Assembly: GCA_042577605.1 (NCBI GenBank) | Contig: JBHPDY010000001.1 | Location: forward strand, 1-40,089 | Length of the DNA stretch: 40,089 nt | Reading direction: 5' to 3' | Source of the DNA: Candidatus Margulisiibacteriota bacterium | GTDB lineage: Bacteria; Margulisbacteria; Marinamargulisbacteria; JBHPDY01 | Program-made: the position numbers and the translations under genes | The notes under the pieces: generated by a model | Told to the model about the DNA's origin: nothing | What the model saw: only the letters and a program-made list of their open reading frames with translations | Databases searched by the model: none | In this document: piece by piece, positions 8,997-17,490 of the stretch | Position numbering within the stretch: position 1 is the stretch's first letter | Layout: each line of letters opens with the position of its first letter

Positions 8997-10703
8997 ATGC
9001 AATATCTAGAGGTCCAAAAACCAGTCCCCAGAAACAAATCCTTACGAACACATCTTTCAAATATCTCCTGGGATTGGGGATTCGCGAACTTTTTTATGGA
9101 GGAAATCCCATTTTCAGGCAGGACCGGACACCTGTATGCTAAGAAACTAGTGGATCTTTACATTGCTTTGCTCCAAAATGAATTTAGCATAGAACCTCAA
9201 CAAGCTTTTAAGGCAGCAGAGCCCTTTTATGTTTGTGAGTTCGGCGCAGGCATGGCCCTTTTGTCCAAACATTTCCTAGATGTACTAAAAGAAGATTATC
9301 CGGAAGTATATGTCAATACACGTCTGATCATTACAGATTCTTCAGCAGAAATGATGGAAAATCTGCAAAAAATATCTGTTTTTTATAACCATTTTGACCA
9401 GATTGAGTTCCAGGCGCTGGACAGTACTGACTTTGAGGGCTGGCCAGATAAAAAACCAGTTCTTGCTTATAGCTCATATCTGCTTAGCTGTTTTTCCTGC
9501 CGTCACATTGAATATAAACAGGGCAAAATAAATGAATTGTTAGTCAAGACATCAGTTCCCGAAAATGCTATTTTACTTGATACCACATCTTTTCCTTACC
9601 AGGTGATGGATGCCCAACAGATAAAGAAGTGCATTTTAAGTAACGACCGTGACAAACTAAAGGTGCTAGGGGCCCGTATAAAACACTTGTTAAAAGAGGA
9701 AATTATCACCCTTGATCTAAATGAATCGGATTTATCTGCAAATGAAAAGCAGGAATTGACTGGTTTATTAGGTTCAGATGAAATTAAAAACGATGTTTGT
9801 TTTAATTATAATCCCGGGATTAAAGCCCATATAGAAAAGGCCCTGAACAGCCTGCACGAAAAAGGCATATACATTGCCAGTGATTTCGGGTCTGTGGAGT
9901 TTTATCACCCGGACCCTGACAAGCTTACTAAATCCTATGGTAACAGCTTATTCCGTTCCGTAAGCTTTGCCTACATTAAGTCATTTTGCGGTCATAACAA
10001 GATCACTAGTTTCTGTTCTTCACGTCCCAATGATTATGTGCAGGAATGTGTGTTTTCGAACAGCAGCCAAATAAGCCAGACGCTAAAAAAGTCAATGTCC
10101 GGATTCATCAGCAGTGAACCAACTGAAAAATTGCAGTCAGTACTGAGATCATTGGTAGACATTAATCCGTCGGATAACTATTTAACGGATTTTGAACAGG
10201 CGGTAAGTTCGCTTTCCGGAGAAGAACAAAAAGATTATTTCTTTTTAAAAAGCTGTGCTTCATTGCTATTAAGCCAGGGCTTAAATAAGCAGGCGTATGA
10301 ATATGCACTTAAATTATTAAACACCTATGCAGAATTTGCCATAGACGGGTATAGCATCCTGGGTATGATCTGCCAGGCCCAGAATTTTTTTGATGAGGCC
10401 CTGGAGTGTTATGCCACAATCATTAATATTTGCGGACATGATTGGGCTACACATGAAGCATTGGCAAGCGTGAATTATAAATTAAACAACTACCAAAAAG
10501 CAGTGGAGCATTTGGAAAAAGCTATTTATTATGCCCGCACTAATAATATCTGGCCGCTTGTCTATATGCTTAATGCTATTCACGAAAAACTCGGCCAGCC
10601 AGATAAAGCCGATCAGATTGCCGCCAATGTCTTTGACCTGGCAAAAAAACAAAAAGGCCTGATCCCCGAAGAAATCTTAGAAGAATTCCAAAAAAAACAG
10701 TAA
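8997..10703 (+). CDS. Putative SAM-dependent methyltransferase-like protein (MidA/COG1565-like core) with C-terminal TPR repeats
   Basis: 568-aa ORF. It has a glycine-rich VCEFGAGMALL motif followed by ITDSS, and a later IYIASDFG block resembling the MidA-type DYG motif. The C-terminal 150 aa or so have TPR-like periodicity (AYEYALKLL...FDEALECYATII...YQKAVEHLEKAIYYA). The family assignment is by motif only. Confidence 0.45.
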   Translation: MQYLEVQKPVPRNKSLRTHLSNISWDWGFANFFMEEIPFSGRTGHLYAKKLVDLYIALLQNEFSIEPQQAFKAAEPFYVCEFGAGMALLSKHFLDVLKEDYPEVYVNTRLIITDSSAEMMENLQKISVFYNHFDQIEFQALDSTDFEGWPDKKPVLAYSSYLLSCFSCRHIEYKQGKINELLVKTSVPENAILLDTTSFPYQVMDAQQIKKCILSNDRDKLKVLGARIKHLLKEEIITLDLNESDLSANEKQELTGLLGSDEIKNDVCFNYNPGIKAHIEKALNSLHEKGIYIASDFGSVEFYHPDPDKLTKSYGNSLFRSVSFAYIKSFCGHNKITSFCSSRPNDYVQECVFSNSSQISQTLKKSMSGFISSEPTEKLQSVLRSLVDINPSDNYLTDFEQAVSSLSGEEQKDYFFLKSCASLLLSQGLNKQAYEYALKLLNTYAEFAIDGYSILGMICQAQNFFDEALECYATIINICGHDWATHEALASVNYKLNNYQKAVEHLEKAIYYARTNNIWPLVYMLNAIHEKLGQPDKADQIAANVFDLAKKQKGLIPEEILEEFQKKQ

Positions 10704-10704
10704 T

Positions 10705-10829
10705 ATCAAGGCATCTTAAGGGCAAGGCCCTCAAAAAATCTCATTTCCAGGCTATGAAGTGCGCTGCACCATCAAGGGATCTTAAGGGCAAAGCCCTTAA
10801 AAAAACTCTATGAAGTGCGCAGCACTTCA
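10705..10829 (+). repeat. Two tandem copies of a 59-66-nt double-hairpin intergenic repeat (REP-like)
   Basis: Unit 1 spans 10705..10770 and unit 2 spans 10771..10829. Unit 2 contains two perfect hairpins: TTAAGGGC-AAA-GCCCTTAA (10782..10800) and TGAAGTGC-GCA-GCACTTCA (10811..10829). Unit 1 is a degenerate copy with a 10-nt insertion. A third copy is at 34719..34787. Confidence 0.85.
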
Positions 10830-10934
10830 AAAGGAAAAAGTGCAAGTTTTTCCTGTAGGCTTCCGATCTAAATAATAGGGGGTATAATTAAATATATTGG
10901 GATTTAAAGCAGCCTCTTTACTTGCATTAAATAT

Positions 10935-12236
10935 ATGTTCGTTGCACAATACTATTTTGCAACAGGCTCAGCAAGTATAAAGAAAGGAAATAATTTGAAC
11001 TTAAAACCGATTGATAGTGTTTCACATAGAAAAGTTTCCGGATCTTCTAAAACAGAAGAAAGCCAATCCGTAATTAAAGATGTAAGAGCAGCCACTCCAA
11101 AAGAAAAAATTGAACCAACCCCGCATAAAAAAAAGGCCGACACCATGGCCCAGGCACTAAAGCCTGAGAGCTACAGCCGTCCCATTACCCGAGAAGATAT
11201 TATTAACCTCTTAATAAGCATCAAACAGCAGCCATCTGTAAAGAACCAGTTAATTGCCTCCACATTATTACAGCAGGGCCTAGAAGTTTCAGAGAAGAAT
11301 TTTGCCAAAGTAGCAAGGTTTTCTAATATGGAAAACATTCCTAATATCATTAAATCCATCGTGCTTGCCTTAACAAGGGGCCTGGATTCTTTTAAAAGTG
11401 CGGACATGATCTCAAAATTCTTATTGAATGATACTCAGCTGGCATCCCAACTACAAAAAGCAACAGCAGCGCTAAAGAATTATTCTACGATCTTCCAATT
11501 CAGCAGAGAGCTGTTTAATCCGCAGTTGTTTAACAGTTTTGCAGCAGTGATTTCTGAGATGAACGAAGAACTCCAGAAATGGATGAAGCAAAGCGGCAAA
11601 GACAGTAAAAGCCTGAGGCAATTCATTAGTCTTGATAAAGGAAAGATGGTGAGTAGCCTAAAATCCTTTTACGAGCTATTGGGAGGTATCGGCCAAAAAA
11701 TAGCAGACCCTAATATACAGCAGCAGCCAATTGCCCAGTCTTTGTCAGAACAGATCCAGAACCTTAAAAAAGAAATATTATCCACCATTGAAGCTATTAG
11801 TACCCAGGCAGTATTATCAAAAGATTCTATCCTTCATAATGTAAATAATTACTTTTATTTTCAATTCCCAAATCCTGACGCCCAGCCGCCAGGAGACATA
11901 GATTTATTAATCAAAAAATCTAACGGTAAAAAGGCTGGCGCTATCGATCCTGAGAACACAACTTTAATATTAAGACTGGAAACAACTGATCTTGGGGAGA
12001 TATATACAAAAATCGATGTTAAGCCAAACAAAAAAATATCATTTACTTTTCAGACAGATAGAACAGAAGTAAAGCAGGAGATACTTAGCTCAGCCTCAAA
12101 TCTTAAGGAAACTATGGAAGAAATAGGTTATACTATGGTAGGTTTTCATACAGCGCGGATCAAATTAGATGTGAAAAAAGAGATTTTCCCATCTTTTGAT
12201 CTGGATTCTTTTCCGCGTATTAAAACAGAGGTATAG
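10935..12236 (+). CDS. Flagellar hook-length control protein FliK-like
   Basis: 433-aa ORF. The C-terminal region TLILRLETTDLGEIYTKIDVKPNKKISFTFQTDRTEVKQEILSSASNLKETMEEIGYTMVGF fits the FliK Flg_hook pattern (L.L.P..LG.v.v.i.....i.f......r..L......L...L...G). It is immediately followed by an FlhB-C-terminal-domain gene, which is a recurrent gene pair. The N-terminal start is uncertain. Confidence 0.55.
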   Translation: MFVAQYYFATGSASIKKGNNLNLKPIDSVSHRKVSGSSKTEESQSVIKDVRAATPKEKIEPTPHKKKADTMAQALKPESYSRPITREDIINLLISIKQQPSVKNQLIASTLLQQGLEVSEKNFAKVARFSNMENIPNIIKSIVLALTRGLDSFKSADMISKFLLNDTQLASQLQKATAALKNYSTIFQFSRELFNPQLFNSFAAVISEMNEELQKWMKQSGKDSKSLRQFISLDKGKMVSSLKSFYELLGGIGQKIADPNIQQQPIAQSLSEQIQNLKKEILSTIEAISTQAVLSKDSILHNVNNYFYFQFPNPDAQPPGDIDLLIKKSNGKKAGAIDPENTTLILRLETTDLGEIYTKIDVKPNKKISFTFQTDRTEVKQEILSSASNLKETMEEIGYTMVGFHTARIKLDVKKEIFPSFDLDSFPRIKTEV

Positions 12237-12247
12237 GTAAAATATAA

Positions 12248-12646
12248 ATGGCAAGGCAGAAGTCGAGAGCAAAATCAAAATCAAAAGAACTTTTAAAAAA
12301 ATCAAAAAAGCTTAAAAAACATTTGGATGAACTGGACCTGCCCGAACGGGAAAAGCTAAAAGCGGTAGCTATTAAATACAATGTCAAAAAAGACAAAGCG
12401 CCCAAGATCATAGCCGCAGGAAAAGGCGTTATAGCCGAAAGGATTCTGAAAATCGCAGATGAATTCGACATACCATTTTTCGAAGACCAGGCCTTAACAG
12501 AATTACTCTCTAAAATAGATTTAAACGCCAATGTTCCGGCTGAGCTTTTTACCTTGGTTGCCGAGGTATTAGCTTTTGTCTACCAGCTGGACAAAATGGC
12601 GCAGAAAAGAAAAGAACTCCAGGACAAACGTCGTTCCGATAGATAA
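12248..12646 (+). CDS. FlhB C-terminal-domain-like protein (EscU/YscU/HrcU-family soluble domain, YlqH-like), lacking TM region and NPTH site
   Basis: 132 aa. The segment KAVAIKYNVKKDKAPKIIAAGKGVIAERILKIADEFDIPFFEDQALTELLSKIDLNANVPAELFTLVAEVLAFVYQLDK matches the conserved post-cleavage C-terminal domain of FlhB. The N-terminus is a Lys-rich tail. There is no membrane domain and no NPTH motif. Confidence 0.8.
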   Translation: MARQKSRAKSKSKELLKKSKKLKKHLDELDLPEREKLKAVAIKYNVKKDKAPKIIAAGKGVIAERILKIADEFDIPFFEDQALTELLSKIDLNANVPAELFTLVAEVLAFVYQLDKMAQKRKELQDKRRSDR

Positions 12647-12689
12647 TTCCAAAGAGATTTGATCGCTGGCTTCACCAGCTATTAGGGAT

Positions 12690-12708
12690 CCAAAAACTAA
12701 GTTTTTGG
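12690..12708 (+). terminator. Hairpin downstream of the flhB-like gene (weak terminator candidate)
   Basis: CCAAAAAC-TAA-GTTTTTGG, a perfect 8-bp AT-rich stem. A second small hairpin, GCTGG-CTTCA-CCAGC, lies at 12665..12679. There is no clear downstream U-tract. Confidence 0.35.
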
Positions 12709-12787
12709 CTGGCTGTGCCAATGTTATTAACAATCAATCAAACATATGATAAATTATATGAATAATATTAACCGAAAGGAGTAAGGT

Positions 12788-12958
12788 ATGACATATGTAA
12801 TTTCTAACGAATGTACCAACTGCGGCGTATGCGATTCAGAGTGCCCCACAGAAGCCATATCAGAAAAAGGCGACAAAAGAGTAATTAATGCAGATTTATG
12901 CACAGACTGCGGTGTTTGTGTGTCTGTATGTCCAGTTGAAGCCATCAGCGAAGGTTAA
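12788..12958 (+). CDS. 2x[4Fe-4S] clostridial-type ferredoxin (56 aa)
   Basis: My own translation is MTYVISNECTNCGVCDSECPTEAISEKGDKRVINADLCTDCGVCVSVCPVEAISEG, which contains two CxxCxxCxxxCP motifs. An AAGGAG site at 12776..12781 lies 6 nt before the ATG. The gene is below the size cut-off of the supplied ORF track, which lists only the antisense shadow 12754..12945. Confidence 0.9.
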   Translation: MTYVISNECTNCGVCDSECPTEAISEKGDKRVINADLCTDCGVCVSVCPVEAISEG

Positions 12959-12987
12959 TATTTTTTATTTTACAGTCAAACAACAAT

Positions 12988-13016
12988 AAATAATCGTGCC
13001 AAAAGCACGATTATTT
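12988..13016 (+). terminator. Rho-independent terminator-like hairpin after the ferredoxin gene
   Basis: AAATAATCGTGC-CAAAA-GCACGATTATTT, with perfect 12-bp arms. It begins 30 nt after the ferredoxin stop, and its 3' arm is T-rich. Confidence 0.6.
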
Positions 13017-13038
13017 ACTTCATATTAAGGATTAATTT

Positions 13039-15456
13039 ATGGAATATAGACCCTTAGAATTTGAAGAAAAATGGCAGCACACCTGGGAAAAGGACAATAT
13101 CTATTCTGCTGACGACACTTCAGTAAAGCCCAAATATTATATGCTGGAAATGTTCCCTTACCCATCAGGAAAATTACATATGGGACATGTCCGGAACTAT
13201 ACAATCGGTGATACATATGCCAGGTATAAACGTATGCAGGGTTTTAATGTGCTGCATCCAATGGGTTATGATTCCTTGGGACTTCCTGCGGAAAACGCAG
13301 CTAAAGATCGGCACATCCACCCCGAAAACTGGACCCTGGCCAGGGTCTCTGAAATGCAGTCCCAACAAAAAAGGCTGGGTTTTAGCTATGATTGGGAGCG
13401 CCAGGTCATTACCAGCCATCCGGATTATTACCATTGGAACCAGTGGCTTTTTATTAAACTCTATAATAAAGGATTAGCCTACAAGAAAAAGGCGCCTGTA
13501 AACTGGTGCGAATCCTGCCAAACAGTTTTAGCCAATGAACAAGTAGAAGATCATCGCTGCTGGCGCTGCAAAAACCTGGTTATACCTAAAGAGCTTAATC
13601 AATGGTTTTTCAAGATCACTGCTTACGCCGAAGAACTTTTAACCGATATTGCTAAATTACAAGGCTGGCCGGAAAAAGTAAAGCTAATGCAAGAGAACTG
13701 GATAGGAAAGTCATATGGTGTAGAAATAGATTTTCCGGTCAATGGTTCTGATGAAACCATAAAAGTATTTACCACCAGGCCGGATACTGTGTTTGGTATT
13801 ACCTATATGGTACTTGCTCCTGAGAACCCGAAAGTAATGGAATGGGTAAAAGGTACGTCCTACGAAAAACCTGTTCTTGAATATCTTAAAAAGGTCCAGC
13901 AGGAAAACAAGATTGAGCGGACAGATGAAACCAAAGAAAAAGACGGCCTTTTTATAGGCCAATACTTTACCAGCCCGTTTACAGGTCAAAAATATCCGGT
14001 TTGGATCTCGGATTATGTGCTTATGGATTACGGCACAGGCGCTGTAATGGCTGTCCCTGCCCATGACCAGAGGGATTTTGAGTTTGCAAAAAAATTCGGC
14101 CTTGAAATTAAAGTGGTTATCCAACCTAAGGACGAAAAATTGACTCCTGAGACAATGCCGGAAGCTTTTGTTGATCCGGGAATAATGGTTGATTCAGGGG
14201 AATTATCCGGGCTGACCAGTCAGGAATTCAAAGAAAAAATAGCAGATTTTATAGAAAAAAAACAAATAGGCAAAAGGACCGTTAACTATAAACTAAGGGA
14301 CTGGCTGCTCTCCAGGCAGCGTTACTGGGGTACTCCTATTCCAATCATTTACTGCCAGGACTGCGGGCCTGTCACAGTGCCGGAAAAAGACCTCCCTGTA
14401 GAACTCCCAAAAAATGTTTCCTTTCGGGTTAATGGCAATCCTTTGGACCACATAGAAGATTTTGTTAATAGCAAATGTCCAAAATGCGCTAAACCTGCCA
14501 AAAGAGAGACAGACACCATGGACACTTTTGTTGATTCATCCTGGTATTTTCTGCGCTACTGCTCTCCCAAAGAAAAGACACAGCCCTTTAAAAAAGAGCT
14601 TATTCAAAAATGGCTTCCTGTAGATCAATATATCGGCGGGGTAGAGCATGCGGTTATGCATTTATTATATGCCAGGTTCTTCATGAAGGCTTTAAGGGAT
14701 TTAGGCTTGTTTGAGATTTCAGAGCCTTTTGACAGGCTTCTTACCCAGGGAATGGTCCTCAAGGACGGGGCCAAAATGTCCAAGTCTCTGGGCAATACTG
14801 TAGATCCCAGCTTAATAATTGATAAATACGGAGCTGATACTGCCAGGCTCTTTATTCTGTTTGGCGCACCTGTCGAGCGGGACCTGGACTGGTCTGATTC
14901 CGGCGCAGAAGGAGCGTTCAGGTTCCTAAAAAGGGTGTACAAATTATGCTTGAACAGCAAGGATTTTCCATTAGCAGAAGATAAACAGAAAGAACTGGAA
15001 AAACAGGTCCATAAATGCATAAAGAGCGTAACCCAGGATTTAGAACGCTTCAGCTTTAATACTGCCATCAGCCGTATTATGGAATTCTTGAATTTTATGT
15101 ACCATCATGGGACTAGTGAAGAAGCTGTTAAGGCACTGGTGCTCTTGCTTTCTCCTTTTGCCCCTTTTATTTCAGAGGAACTCTGGCATGCTCTTAGTAA
15201 CAAAAAGAGCGTCCATTTACAGGAATGGCCGAAATATGACGAGAAACTAGTGATCGATGAACAGATTACGGTGGTTATCCAGATAAACGGAAAAGTAAGG
15301 GATAGGTTAAATGTTGCCAGGGACATTACCCAGGAACAGATAACAGATTTAGCCATGGGACAGGAAAAGATTCAAAAATACTTAACAGATAACCAGATAG
15401 TAAAATCTTTCTATGTTCCCAATAAACTTCTTAGCCTGGTAGTTAAACAGAAATAA
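13039..15456 (+). CDS. leuS: Leucine--tRNA ligase
   Basis: 805 aa. Has the class I HIGH-type motif ([10 protein letters not shown]), the KMSKS motif ([10 protein letters not shown]), the bacterial LeuS N-terminus ([11 protein letters not shown]...[11 protein letters not shown]) and a CP1 editing region. Confidence 0.97.
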   Translation: MEYRPLEFEEKWQHTWEKDNIYSADDTSVKPKYYMLEMFPYPSGKLHMGHVRNYTIGDTYARYKRMQGFNVLHPMGYDSLGLPAENAAKDRHIHPENWTLARVSEMQSQQKRLGFSYDWERQVITSHPDYYHWNQWLFIKLYNKGLAYKKKAPVNWCESCQTVLANEQVEDHRCWRCKNLVIPKELNQWFFKITAYAEELLTDIAKLQGWPEKVKLMQENWIGKSYGVEIDFPVNGSDETIKVFTTRPDTVFGITYMVLAPENPKVMEWVKGTSYEKPVLEYLKKVQQENKIERTDETKEKDGLFIGQYFTSPFTGQKYPVWISDYVLMDYGTGAVMAVPAHDQRDFEFAKKFGLEIKVVIQPKDEKLTPETMPEAFVDPGIMVDSGELSGLTSQEFKEKIADFIEKKQIGKRTVNYKLRDWLLSRQRYWGTPIPIIYCQDCGPVTVPEKDLPVELPKNVSFRVNGNPLDHIEDFVNSKCPKCAKPAKRETDTMDTFVDSSWYFLRYCSPKEKTQPFKKELIQKWLPVDQYIGGVEHAVMHLLYARFFMKALRDLGLFEISEPFDRLLTQGMVLKDGAKMSKSLGNTVDPSLIIDKYGADTARLFILFGAPVERDLDWSDSGAEGAFRFLKRVYKLCLNSKDFPLAEDKQKELEKQVHKCIKSVTQDLERFSFNTAISRIMEFLNFMYHHGTSEEAVKALVLLLSPFAPFISEELWHALSNKKSVHLQEWPKYDEKLVIDEQITVVIQINGKVRDRLNVARDITQEQITDLAMGQEKIQKYLTDNQIVKSFYVPNKLLSLVVKQK

Positions 15457-15462
15457 TAATTT

Positions 15463-16434
15463 ATGTCAGAACAAAAACTAAAAATAAATAAAGCCTGCCC
15501 GAGTTGTGAAACCAATAAAAGTATCCTTATAGAAAAAAACCGCATTTTTTGCAGTAAGCAGGATTGTAATTTTGAAATTGAATATGCATGCCCGTTATGC
15601 GACCAGGAAATGGACATCAATAGTTATCAAGCTGACTGGCAAAATCCATATTTTTTATGTTCTAAATGTAAAAACAAGATCCATTTAACCAAAATAAAAT
15701 ACCTCATAGAAAACCAGCTGGTCGTAGACCAGGGTAAACGTTGTGCATATTGCAATGGCCCGACCATCCACCGCCCTACGGCAAATCTATCTAACCGCTG
15801 CTTTTATTTCCCTCAATGCTCCGGGCAAGCAGACTTGTTTGCAGATAAAAAGGAATCAATAGTTTTTCTTGATTTTGAGACCACGGGCCTGGAAATCGCT
15901 CGTGATTTTATTATTGAGATCGGGGCTATCAAGCTGGACAGTTTAGGATGTGAACATACTTTTCAGACCTTTGTCTCCGGCCCGGAAAAAATTCCCGAAA
16001 ACATAATCCGTTTAACGGGTATTAATCATGAAATGATAAAAAATGCTCCGGGACTGGCTGTAGGTATGGCTGACTTGATTGCTTTTATTGATGACTCCAC
16101 TATCGTAGTCCATAATGCGGAATTTGACCTGTTATGGTTATTAACAGCTGCTATCAGGCATGATATCAAGACTATAAACAATAAAGTGATCTGCACCATC
16201 CAGTGGGCCAAGAAACAAAATGAACCAAGATGCTCTTTAAAAGCCCTGACCAAAAAATACTCCATCCCGCATAATTCCGCTCACCGCGCTTTGGCTGATG
16301 CGGCTGCTACAAAAGAACTTTTTTTCATCTTCGAAAATCTTAAAGCTGCGCCTAAGCCAGTGGATAAGTTGGATAAATATCTATCTCTTTCGCAAAACTT
16401 AGTGAATAAAAACGCCAACTATTTTCAAAAATAA
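15463..16434 (+). CDS. DnaQ/epsilon-like 3'-5' exonuclease fused to an N-terminal multi-zinc-ribbon region
   Basis: The C-terminal half carries Exo I (FLDFETTGL), Exo II (VVHNAEFDLLWL) and Exo III (HRALADAAAT). The N-terminal 130 aa or so carry at least four CxxC pairs (CPSC, CPLC, CSKC, CAYC) plus FPQC. It starts 6 nt after the leuS stop. Confidence 0.8.
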   Translation: MSEQKLKINKACPSCETNKSILIEKNRIFCSKQDCNFEIEYACPLCDQEMDINSYQADWQNPYFLCSKCKNKIHLTKIKYLIENQLVVDQGKRCAYCNGPTIHRPTANLSNRCFYFPQCSGQADLFADKKESIVFLDFETTGLEIARDFIIEIGAIKLDSLGCEHTFQTFVSGPEKIPENIIRLTGINHEMIKNAPGLAVGMADLIAFIDDSTIVVHNAEFDLLWLLTAAIRHDIKTINNKVICTIQWAKKQNEPRCSLKALTKKYSIPHNSAHRALADAAATKELFFIFENLKAAPKPVDKLDKYLSLSQNLVNKNANYFQK

Positions 16435-16461
16435 AGCTTCCTGAGTAGCATAGCTAAAATC

Positions 16462-16691
16462 GAAAAATTAGGGGTCGGAGCTTAGGTGCCGGAGCCAATA
16501 TTATAGATTGGCGAGTGTGAAGCAAATAATTATTGATAAAAAATGTTACTTTTACACCAGAATTATAAAGAATAGATTATTTATTTATTATCTATGTTAT
16601 TTTTGTGCGCAGAACTATATATATTAGGCAAATCGCTGTGTTATTTGATTCTAAGTTGCTCCGGCACTTAAGCTCCGACCCCTAATTATTC
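16462..16691. repeat. 34-bp inverted repeats (2 mismatches) flanking a 162-bp AT-rich core; MITE-like or structured RNA
   Basis: The left arm at 16462..16495 is GAAAAATTAGGGGTCGGAGCTTAGGTGCCGGAGC. The right arm at 16658..16691 is GCTCCGGCACTTAAGCTCCGACCCCTAATTATTC. The arms are GC-rich and the interior is strongly AT-rich. The element lies between the exonuclease stop and the dapB start. Confidence 0.8.
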
Positions 16692-16750
16692 TTTCAACTA
16701 AAGCTTGAATTTGCTAAACTATACAATCATTTCTGAAAGGACTTAAAAAC

Positions 16751-17488
16751 ATGATAAAAGTTTTAGTAAATGGTGCGCATGGCCGCATGGGAACACACAG
16801 CGTAAATGCCATCAACGATGATCAGGATTTACTTTTAGTTGCCCAGACAGATATCCATGATGATTTGACCCAGGTAATAAAAAAGAAAAAACCAGACGTT
16901 GTTTTGGATTTTACACAGCCTGCAAGCGTTAAAGAAAATACCAAAAAGATCTTAGCAGAAAACTGCCGGGCAGTTATTGGCACGACCGGTCTAAAAGACT
17001 CAGATTTAACAGAAATAAAAAAAATTGCCTACACCAATAAAATTGGTATCCTAGTTGTGCCTAATTTTGCTATTGGCGCAGTTTTGATGATGAAGTTTGC
17101 CACTATTGCCGCCAAATATATGCCGCGGGTAGAGATCATAGAAAAGCATCATGATAAAAAGATTGATGCCCCCTCAGGTACGGCCATTAAAACAGCAGAC
17201 CTGATCAATGAAGCTAATCCGAACATAAATAAGCAGAAGCTGGAGGAAAAAGAATTAATTTCCAAGGTTAGGGGCGGGTTAAAGAATAAGATCCCTATCC
17301 ATTCTGTGCGCTTACCAGGTTTTGTTGCTGCCCAAGAAGTAATCTTTGGCGGATTGTCCCAGGTTCTAACTATAAAACATGATACCCTTGACCGGGAATC
17401 TTTTATGCCAGGCGTGGTTTTAGCCATTAAAAAAGTAATGGACATTAATCGCTTAGTGTATGGCCTGGAAAACATATTGGAGGTATAA
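16751..17488 (+). CDS. dapB: 4-hydroxy-tetrahydrodipicolinate reductase
   Basis: 245 aa. Has the N-terminal NAD(P)-binding motif VLVNGAHGRMG, a GTTG motif, and the signature EKHHDKKIDAPSGTA. Confidence 0.93.
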   Translation: MIKVLVNGAHGRMGTHSVNAINDDQDLLLVAQTDIHDDLTQVIKKKKPDVVLDFTQPASVKENTKKILAENCRAVIGTTGLKDSDLTEIKKIAYTNKIGILVVPNFAIGAVLMMKFATIAAKYMPRVEIIEKHHDKKIDAPSGTAIKTADLINEANPNINKQKLEEKELISKVRGGLKNKIPIHSVRLPGFVAAQEVIFGGLSQVLTIKHDTLDRESFMPGVVLAIKKVMDINRLVYGLENILEV

Positions 17489-17490
17489 GA

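Noticed and set aside
10705-10829. CRISPR array
   Set aside because: There are only two directly abutting, imperfect repeat units with no spacers. A third copy lies 24 kb away, and there are no cas genes in the window. The pattern fits a REP-like repeat instead.
16435-16750. Lysine riboswitch (L-box) upstream of dapB-asd
   Set aside because: This is the expected place for one, but I could not find the conserved L-box core elements as I remember them in this spacer. The region is instead dominated by a long inverted repeat with an AT-rich interior. An Infernal/Rfam scan would settle it.
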